From NCBI GenBank assembly GCA_964637145.1, contig CAZWUN010000002.1, positions 1 to 61,389 of the forward strand: a stretch of 61,389 nucleotides of DNA, given 5' to 3'. The DNA comes from an uncultured Burkholderiales bacterium (GTDB lineage: Bacteria; Vulcanimicrobiota; Xenobia; Xenobiales; QWHO01). Below the pieces are notes generated by a model. It was not told the origin of the DNA and ran no database searches. It saw only the letters and a program-made list of their open reading frames with translations. Below, piece by piece: positions 18,953 through 25,704 of the stretch (positions are counted from its first letter, which is position 1; the number at the start of each line of letters is the position of its first letter). The position numbers and the translations under genes were made by a program.

Positions 18953-20656
18953 TTACGGCCCGGCCGGAGCTGTGGCGCCATCCTCCCGCTTCTTGAGCGC
19001 CACGCCTCCGATGATCCAGTGGTCGCCGTCCTCGCCGAGGCTGGCCCCGCGGGGCGGCTCGTCCAGTCGGGCGGTCTCCAGGACCACCTCCACATCGAGG
19101 TCGTTGCCCTGGAGCAGCGGGACCAGGCGGTCGAGGCTCGCCTGGAAGTCGGGGGCGTCGGTCGCGTGCAGATGGCGCAGGAGAGCCAGGGCGCGCTCCG
19201 GTTCCAGTGCCGAGAGCGATTGGGTGACGTGCTCGGGTGCCAGGTCCTGTCCGTCCACCCAGGCACCGACCTCGCGCAGACCCGGGTCGGTGTCCCCAGC
19301 ACGCAGCGCCAGGCCGCGTACGACGGGGCTGTCCAGGCTGAAAGTCTTCCAGGAGCTCAGCGCCACCTCGGCCGAGTCGGTCTTCAGGCGGGCCAGGAAG
19401 AACGCGCGGGCGTCATCGGGTCGCTCGGCTTGCAGGACCGCGCCGAGGATGGAATTGGCCCAGCCGGACTCGCCCAGGAGCGAGCGCGCCTCGCAAATCT
19501 CGACGAACGTCGCGATCGCCTCAGCCCGATTCTGCGCCGGCAGCGACCGATAAGCGTCCAGACCATACTGGGCGCCGGCCGCCTTCACGAGCTGCCTCAG
19601 CTCCGCCGCCTGCTCGGGACGGTCCGGGTCGAGCGCCGCGTGCAGCGAGTTGGCCCAGCCGGACTCCCCCACCTGTGAGCGCCAGCCGCAAATCTCCTCG
19701 AACAGCGCTTTGCTCTTGGCCCGCTTCTCGGGGTTCTGGGGAAGTCTCTTGTATGCGTCCAGTCCGTACTGGGCGCCGGCCGCCCGGACCAGGTCCTTCA
19801 GCTCGGCCACCTGGTCGGGCCGGTCCGGGTCGACCGCCTGGAGGAGGAGGTTGGCCCAGCCGGACTCCCCCACCAGCGAGCGCCAGCCGCAGATCTCCTG
19901 GAACAGGGCGGCGCTCCTGGCCCGCTTTTGGGAGTCTTTCGGCAGGCTCTTGAAGGCGTCCAGGCCATACTGGGCGCCCGCGGCCTGGACGAGGCCCTTG
20001 AGCTCGGCCACCTGTTCGGGCCGGTCCGGGTCGACCGCCTGAAGGAGGGGGTTGGCCCAGCCGGACTCCCCCACCAGCGAGCGCCAGCCGCAGATTTCCT
20101 GGAACAGGGCCGCGCTCCTGGCCCGCTTCTCGGGCTCTTTCGGCAGGCTCTTGAAGGCGTCCAGGCCGTGCTGGGCGCCCGCGGCCTGGACGAGGCCCTT
20201 GAGCTCGGCCACCTGGTCGGGCCGGTCCGGGTCGACCGCCTGGAGCAGGGGGGTGGCCCAGCCGGACTCCCCCACCAGCGAGCGCCAGCCGCAGATTTCC
20301 TGGAACAGGGCCGCGCTCCTGGCCCGCTTCTCGGGCTCTTTCGGCAGGCTCCAGAAAGCGTCCAGGCCGTACTGCGCGCCGGCCGCCTGCACCAGGCCTT
20401 TCAACTCGGCCACCTGCTCGGGCCGGGCCGGGTCGAGCGCCGCGTGCAGCGCGTTGGCCCACCCCGACGCGCCCGCGAGCGAGCGCCAGCTGCAGATTTC
20501 CAGGAAGAGGTTGACGCTGGCGGCTCGGCGCGACGGATCGTGCGGCAGGCGCCGGAAGATCTCCTCGCCGTACTGCTGATTCGAGGCTGTCACCAATTGG
20601 CTCAGCTCCCCATTCTGGGGCGACACCGAGGAGCTGGCGATCGGACGCACAAACAT
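18953..20656 (-). CDS. hypothetical repeat protein (67-aa tandem repeats) with IIGGVALKKR C-terminal tail
   Basis: The ATG at 20656 (MFVRPIASS) leaves a 110-nt gap to the upstream TPR gene. It has 5 full and 2 partial copies of the unit ESGWAN.LLQAVDPDRP.QVAELK.LV.AAGAQYGLDAFKSLP....KRA.SAALFQEICGWRSLVG. I recognise no family. Confidence 0.75.
   Translation of the reverse strand: MFVRPIASSSVSPQNGELSQLVTASNQQYGEEIFRRLPHDPSRRAASVNLFLEICSWRSLAGASGWANALHAALDPARPEQVAELKGLVQAAGAQYGLDAFWSLPKEPEKRARSAALFQEICGWRSLVGESGWATPLLQAVDPDRPDQVAELKGLVQAAGAQHGLDAFKSLPKEPEKRARSAALFQEICGWRSLVGESGWANPLLQAVDPDRPEQVAELKGLVQAAGAQYGLDAFKSLPKDSQKRARSAALFQEICGWRSLVGESGWANLLLQAVDPDRPDQVAELKDLVRAAGAQYGLDAYKRLPQNPEKRAKSKALFEEICGWRSQVGESGWANSLHAALDPDRPEQAAELRQLVKAAGAQYGLDAYRSLPAQNRAEAIATFVEICEARSLLGESGWANSILGAVLQAERPDDARAFFLARLKTDSAEVALSSWKTFSLDSPVVRGLALRAGDTDPGLREVGAWVDGQDLAPEHVTQSLSALEPERALALLRHLHATDAPDFQASLDRLVPLLQGNDLDVEVVLETARLDEPPRGASLGEDGDHWIIGGVALKKREDGATAPAGP
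19455..20654 (-). repeat. in-frame tandem repeat, 201-bp period (one 195-bp unit)
   Basis: The unit marker TTGGCCCAGCCGGACTC recurs at 19455, 19650, 19851, 20052, 20253 and 20454. The three central units are near-identical at nucleotide level. Confidence 0.85.
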
Positions 20657-20765
20657 GCAGCTTGAACCTAGCGGGTCGGGGTGAAAAGTCTCTGAACGTG
20701 CGTCGAGATCGTGGGGCTGCTGGGGCCCAACGGCGCCCGCTTGCAAGGAGGGCCGGAAACATGGC

Positions 20766-22238
20766 TCAGGCCATGTCGAGCAGCTCTTGCAGGCTCTCGG
20801 CCTCATCAGGGGTAGCCCGGCCGCTCTTGAGGTAGGCCCGGCAGGTCTGGCGGGCCTCTTTCAAGCGGTTCTGCTCGATCTGGGTGCGGATCCGGCCTTC
20901 CACCGCCGGGAAGAAGGCCGACTGCAGCTCCAGGGCGCGGTTGTAGGCCTGCTCTGCCTCGGACGGGCGGTCGAGCTGCAGGCAGCACTCGCCCCTGTTG
21001 CACCAGGCCAGCAGGCTGTCGGGCGCCTCTTCACAGGCCCGCTCGAAGCTGATCAGGGCCTGCTCGAGCTCTCCCGCCCGGGCCAGCAGGGTTCCCCGGT
21101 TGAGCCAGGCCAGCATGGTGGTCGGACTTGCTTTGACGGCTCTGTCCAGGAGCGCCTGAGCCTCGTCCTCCTCTCCCAGGCGCATCAAGCATGAGCCCAG
21201 CGCGGCCAGGGCCACGCCGTCCCTGGGGTGCTCTGACATCGCTTGCCGATAAAGGGGAAGGGCCTGCTCGGGCGATTCTCCTTCCAGGAAGAAAGCTCGG
21301 GCCAGAGCGCGGGCCAGCAGCTCGGGAGCCCTGGCCAGGGCGCGGTACAGGCCCTGGCTGGTCAACACCCGAGAATCGCACGGAGCCAGCTCTACAGCCC
21401 GGTCGAGGCACTTGAGGGCCTCGTCCAGCTGCCCTCTGCGAGCCAGAGACCCGGCCTGGCCCAGCCAGCAGCGAGGGTTCTCAGGCGCGAGAGCCAGGGC
21501 TTTCTCCAGGCTGCGGGACGCGTCCTCGCTGCGATCCAAGAGTTCGAGGGCCCGCGCCTGCTCGAGCCAGTAGGGAGCGGCATCATCCAGCCGGGCCGCC
21601 CGGTCGAAGCGTTCCAGGGCTTCCTCGAGGTGGCCCAGGTCCAGCAGTCGGTTGCCCTGTTTGTGCCAGAACTCCGCCTGGATCTGGGGTTGGGTGATTC
21701 CCCTGGCCCGCAGGCCGGCCAGGTGCTCCGGCAGGCCTTCCAGGGAGAACCGGGTGGCCAATCCTCCCAACTCGGACCAGAGCCCCTGCAGTTGCCCCAG
21801 TGCGACCGCTTCTTGCAGCGCCCCCTCCGAATCGCCTCCAGATAGCTCCAGCGCCCGGGTAGCCGCCTGCCAGCCTTCCTCGAACCGGCCCTGCTCCTTG
21901 AGGATTCGGGCCTTCTCGGCCCACCCCTCGGGCTCTTGCGGGGCCAACCGGAGGGCTTGCTCGATGGCCTGGGCGGCCTGTTCCAGGGAGAGTTGTTGGC
22001 GGTGGGCCGCGGCCAGAGCGCACCAGGTATCGGCGCGCTCGGGATGGAACTCTCGGGCGCGCTCGAGCGACTCGAGCGCTTCGGCCGCCATGCCGCACGC
22101 GAGCAGGATCTGGGCCCGAGCCAGCAGCACCTCCACGTTCCCGGGCGACTTCTTGAGAGCTCGCTCAAGCACGTTCATGGCGCCATCCGGGTCGCCGCGC
22201 TCGAACTTGCCCATGGCCTGTTGGACGGGATCTTTCAT
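20766..22238 (-). CDS. tetratricopeptide-repeat protein
   Basis: 490 aa of repeated 34-aa A/L/E-rich TPR-like units (e.g. W..LA.....G....A...YRQAL...P). Confidence 0.8.
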   Translation of the reverse strand: MKDPVQQAMGKFERGDPDGAMNVLERALKKSPGNVEVLLARAQILLACGMAAEALESLERAREFHPERADTWCALAAAHRQQLSLEQAAQAIEQALRLAPQEPEGWAEKARILKEQGRFEEGWQAATRALELSGGDSEGALQEAVALGQLQGLWSELGGLATRFSLEGLPEHLAGLRARGITQPQIQAEFWHKQGNRLLDLGHLEEALERFDRAARLDDAAPYWLEQARALELLDRSEDASRSLEKALALAPENPRCWLGQAGSLARRGQLDEALKCLDRAVELAPCDSRVLTSQGLYRALARAPELLARALARAFFLEGESPEQALPLYRQAMSEHPRDGVALAALGSCLMRLGEEDEAQALLDRAVKASPTTMLAWLNRGTLLARAGELEQALISFERACEEAPDSLLAWCNRGECCLQLDRPSEAEQAYNRALELQSAFFPAVEGRIRTQIEQNRLKEARQTCRAYLKSGRATPDEAESLQELLDMA

Positions 22239-22269
22239 GGTCGGGTTCTTCGTCTTTGCCGGGTCGAGC

Positions 22270-23373
22270 CTACTTCCCCTGCATCCAGTCCAGCCAACCC
22301 GGGAACGCCTCCAGGAAGTCGGGAGGGAAGGCGTGCTGGCTGACTTTGGGGTAAAGCTTCAGCTTCACCTGAGCACCGGCTCGTCTGGCCCAGTCGGCGT
22401 CCCCGCGCGCGCAGGCCAGCGTGTCCGGATGCTCCTCCTCGCCCGCGACCAGGATGAAGCGCTGGTGCTTGCTCCCCGGCGAGGCCGTGAGACCGCTGAG
22501 CTGCCCTTCATCGCGCAGCCCAGGGGACATCGAGAGCGCTCCGGCATAGACCTCGGGGTAGGCTGCGGCCAGCTCGAATGCCATCTGGCCACCTTGCGAG
22601 AATCCGAACAACAGAACCTTGCCGAGGGTCAGCTTCTGCTTGAGCGAGCCCAGCCCCCTTTGCACCTGCTTGTGATCCTGCTCGCGGTCCTCGCTCCAGC
22701 TATAGGACTTGGGACCCAGCGGGCGCGTGCCGCTGACGCCTACGAAGGCAAGCCCCAGGCGGTTCGAGAGCGCTTGATAGTGCTCGTCGACGAAAGCTTC
22801 ATCGCCCCCCAGCCCGTGCAGTCCCACCACGGTGACGATGGGTCGGGCGGGGTCATACCCCTCGGGCAGCACGCAACGGACCCGCAGGAGGTCTTGTCGC
22901 CCATAGTATTCGTTGTAGGCGCGTAAGAAGGGCCCCACCTTGGACCAGCGGGGATCGCTCCGCAGACGCGCCAGGTCCGGGTCGCGCATCGCCCAGTCCG
23001 CGTCTACGCCCTCCTCGGCGGCCGCCTTCTGCAGCCAGTAGAAGGCGGCCTCCACCTGGTTGTCGCGCGCCAGCACGCAGGCCAGGTTGTAGCGCTGGTC
23101 GGCCCCCCGGCTGACGGCCCAGGCCAGGCACCGGGCCGCCTCGTTCCAGTCGCCTTCGGAGAGGAAGTAGGAGCCACCCTCGGCCAGCTCTTCGGCGCTC
23201 AGGCTCGAGAGGTCAATCTCTCCAAGATCCTTGCCTGGCAGAGGCGGGAGCTCCAACTGCAGGGGCGGCGTTGGCGCCTGCAACTGCGGGGTGGGCGCTG
23301 CTGGCATCGGGCTGGTGGGGGAGGTGCAGCCGAAGGTCAGGAGCCCCAGGAGTGCGATCAGGAGGGCGCGCAT
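22270..23373 (-). CDS. lipoprotein with TPR/Sel1-like N-domain and alpha/beta-hydrolase (carboxylesterase-type) C-domain
   Basis: Lipobox LLTFGC follows MRALLIALLG. The nucleophile elbow is GFSQGG. It is followed by a dienelactone-hydrolase/esterase-like C-terminus. Confidence 0.75.
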   Translation of the reverse strand: MRALLIALLGLLTFGCTSPTSPMPAAPTPQLQAPTPPLQLELPPLPGKDLGEIDLSSLSAEELAEGGSYFLSEGDWNEAARCLAWAVSRGADQRYNLACVLARDNQVEAAFYWLQKAAAEEGVDADWAMRDPDLARLRSDPRWSKVGPFLRAYNEYYGRQDLLRVRCVLPEGYDPARPIVTVVGLHGLGGDEAFVDEHYQALSNRLGLAFVGVSGTRPLGPKSYSWSEDREQDHKQVQRGLGSLKQKLTLGKVLLFGFSQGGQMAFELAAAYPEVYAGALSMSPGLRDEGQLSGLTASPGSKHQRFILVAGEEEHPDTLACARGDADWARRAGAQVKLKLYPKVSQHAFPPDFLEAFPGWLDWMQGK

Positions 23374-23424
23374 TCAGGCCAGGTTTCCGCCAATCTGCCC
23401 TGGGAGCCTGCCGGCCCGTTGCAG

Positions 23425-23565
23425 TCATCCCGGGAAGCCAGGCGGGACCTGGGATGCGATCCTCCAGACGGCCGTCAGTAAGCTGATCAGGGCGACGCCA
23501 GGCAGCAGCCAGTGGGAAAGTGGGACCCTGGCAGGCTTTTCCAGCAGGTTGATCTTCACGTTCAT
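23425..23565 (-). CDS. candidate 46-aa membrane peptide with PilN-like N-terminus (MNVKINLLEKP...)
   Basis: Below the ORF-track size cutoff and found by hand. AGGAGA lies 9 nt upstream of the ATG at 23565. One TM segment. Located 51 nt upstream of the lipoprotein gene. Confidence 0.3.
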   Translation of the reverse strand: MNVKINLLEKPARVPLSHWLLPGVALISLLTAVWRIASQVPPGFPG

Positions 23566-23755
23566 GGCAGAGTCTCTCCTGTGCTCGAGAATGCCGATTG
23601 GACAATGGGAAGAGCGGTTTTGTTCCCCGCTGCCGTCCCTGGCTGGAGCAGCCAGACAACGTTTGCCTGCGGAAGAGAGTCAGTCGGTCCAATCTGTCGG
23701 GACGGTAACCTTTTGGAAACAACCGTGCAACGCATGCGCAACGGGCCTGGACATC

Positions 23756-24121
23756 ATGGGAATCGTTATGATGACGATGATGAAACCGGTGAACGTCGGC
23801 AGCCTGCTGCTCGACAACAACTCCACGGGCCACGTTTCGCCCAACCTGCTGCGCGGCATGGCCGAGTGCGGCTATCCCGCTCCTTTGCGCAGTCTGATGG
23901 ACGCGCGCATCGACTACCCCGAGATCCTGCTCTGCTCCGGCTGGGACCGCGAGTCCACGCTGGACGGCGTGATCTACACCTACCAGGCCGACTGCGAGGA
24001 CGCCCTCCAGTCCATCGAGTACGGCCCCGGCACCACCCGCACCCTGCGCACGACCTGCTACGGCCTCACCCAGGTCCTGGTCCGTCACCCCGACGGCCGG
24101 ATGGAGGAGTGGTACGAGTAA
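23756..24121 (+). CDS. hypothetical protein (121 aa)
   Basis: ATG at 23756 inside ORF 23231..24121. Strong GC3 bias from that point on. I recognise no domain. Confidence 0.55.
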   Translation: MGIVMMTMMKPVNVGSLLLDNNSTGHVSPNLLRGMAECGYPAPLRSLMDARIDYPEILLCSGWDRESTLDGVIYTYQADCEDALQSIEYGPGTTRTLRTTCYGLTQVLVRHPDGRMEEWYE

Positions 24122-24129
24122 CTCGGGTC

Positions 24130-24159
24130 TTGCCAACCTGGCTTCGGCCTGTCTATAAT
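24130..24159 (+). promoter_or_regulatory. sigma70-type promoter for tRNA-Trp
   Basis: TTGCCA, an 18-nt spacer, then TATAAT. The -10 element ends 13 nt before the tRNA. Confidence 0.55.
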
Positions 24160-24172
24160 GGGGGGCGCAAAT

Positions 24173-24249
24173 AGGGGAGTAGCTCAGCTGGTTAGAGCGA
24201 CGGTCTCCAAAACCGTAGGCCGCGGGTTCAAATCCTGTCTCCCCTGCCA
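24173..24249 (+). tRNA. tRNA-Trp (anticodon CCA), CCA end encoded
   Basis: Hand-folded cloverleaf. Acceptor AGGGGAG/CTCCCCT, D arm GCTC...GAGC, anticodon stem ACGGT/ACCGT with loop CTCCAAA, and T arm GCGGG-TTCAAAT-CCTGT. Confidence 0.93.
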
Positions 24250-24254
24250 ACGAA

Positions 24255-24278
24255 AACCCGCCAAATGGCGGGTTTTTT
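24255..24278 (+). terminator. rho-independent terminator after tRNA-Trp
   Basis: AACCCGCC-aaat-GGCGGGTT followed by TTTT. Confidence 0.8.
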
Positions 24279-24481
24279 GCTGGGTGGCCTCCTCCGGTTA
24301 GGTGAGCAAAAATGAGCCAGAGTGACCCTTTTGATTGGCACACCAGGGGTGTGAGTTTCGAGTGTCCAGGGTATACCGGAAAATACCGTGAGCCCTCTTG
24401 CGCCCGTCCTGGAGGGCCTCCTGGACTTCGGCGAGTCATTTCACCCGGGGTCCGGCCGAAGTACGATCATCACGCTTTGGA

Positions 24482-25603
24482 GTGTGTCGCTTGAGGACTG
24501 AAAGAACGCTGAACCTCCTGCTGCTCTTGCTATGTCTGACAGCGGTTTTGCGCGCCGAGGACCCGCCCAATCGACACGTGGGCGTGCTCGATCCGGCCAC
24601 CGGAAAGCCGCTCGGGCACTACCTTCTGATGCGGTCCACGCACGAGGCGATCGATGCCGGAACGGAAGACCCGCATTTCGCTTACCTCTGGGAGTTCTGC
24701 TTTGGAGAGCGCCGCGGAGCGGACAAACCGGAGGTCTACGACAGACCCGACCTCAATGGGGGACCCGACAAGACCTATCTGGGCACGCTGCCGGGGGAGA
24801 TCTCGATCCTCTGGTTTCGCAAGGAGGGCAACTACGAGGTCGGCTGGGGGCCTCTCAAGGCGGTCGACGCCGGCGGTCGGCAGTGGACTCTGATTTCGCG
24901 GACCTGCTATTCCACCGCCGGACGCAGCGCCTACTTTCATCACCCGCGGCTCAGCGTGGCGGGCCCATTTCTCCTGGTCGAAGAGGACCAGGGCCTGCTC
25001 TGTAAGCGGATCCCCGACAACAAAGTGCTCTGGCGCACGGATCTGAAGTTCAACCACTACTGTCGCTGGAACTGGGGCGCCTGGTATCGCGACGGGGCGC
25101 TCTACCTGAGCAGCTCCAAAGGACTGGTGCGCGTGAATCCCGACACTGGCAAGCAGCTGTGGACCTGGCCCGACGCGGTCGAAGTCTGCGATCTGGACCT
25201 CTATCCGGATGGCCACCTCTACGTTCGATACCAGTATGGTCCCTCCGATGCCCAGTTTGCAAGCCTGCGCAAAGCAGCCCTGGATTACTACAACTGGCCC
25301 GGCGATTTCCGATTCTTCAGCCGGATTATCCCCTACAAGGACCGCCACTTCGCTTCCGTCTGGTGGCGGAAGGGGGAGCTCGAGGGGAACTACCTCAAGG
25401 ACGGCAGGCAGGCCCTCTGGGAGTGCGTGGACGGCAAGTGGTCCTTCATCTTCGATTACGAGGTCAAAGGCCAGAGCCAGGAAGAGCTGGATGCGCTCTT
25501 CGCCCGACACGGATTCTCCCCCCGGATGCGCAAGCAGCTCACAACCGACTCCTTGGAAACAGTCTACCGCTATCGGGGCAAGCCGCTGCCACCTCCCCGA
25601 TAG
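24482..25603 (+). CDS. secreted hypothetical protein, paralog of 48465..49472
   Basis: Signal peptide LNLLLLLLCLTAVLRAEDP. The start is GTG 24482 or TTG 24491. Colinear similarity to the 48.5-kb protein runs along the whole length. Confidence 0.7.
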   Translation: MCRLRTERTLNLLLLLLCLTAVLRAEDPPNRHVGVLDPATGKPLGHYLLMRSTHEAIDAGTEDPHFAYLWEFCFGERRGADKPEVYDRPDLNGGPDKTYLGTLPGEISILWFRKEGNYEVGWGPLKAVDAGGRQWTLISRTCYSTAGRSAYFHHPRLSVAGPFLLVEEDQGLLCKRIPDNKVLWRTDLKFNHYCRWNWGAWYRDGALYLSSSKGLVRVNPDTGKQLWTWPDAVEVCDLDLYPDGHLYVRYQYGPSDAQFASLRKAALDYYNWPGDFRFFSRIIPYKDRHFASVWWRKGELEGNYLKDGRQALWECVDGKWSFIFDYEVKGQSQEELDALFARHGFSPRMRKQLTTDSLETVYRYRGKPLPPPR

Positions 25604-25704
25604 AGACGGGCTCTCTCTGAAGTGGGATCCTGCTGGAAGCTGGGAGACTGGCAGTAAGGGGGCTTTTCAAGCTCCCTTCAGGCATCCGGAGTAGACTGGA
25701 AGGG

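Noticed and set aside
19455-20654. Possible CRISPR array or non-coding satellite
   Set aside because: The units are contiguous with no spacers. The 201-bp period is a multiple of three, and the units are in frame within a long ORF with coding bias. This is a protein repeat.
24250-24481. Integrated element at the 3' side of tRNA-Trp
   Set aside because: I found no integrase gene, no direct repeat of the tRNA 3' end downstream, and no phage-like genes. The next gene is a secreted protein with a chromosomal paralog.
24312-24494. 60-aa plus-strand ORF after tRNA-Trp
   Set aside because: Its third-position composition is poor (many T/A-ending codons), it has no RBS, and it overlaps the likely leader of the next gene.
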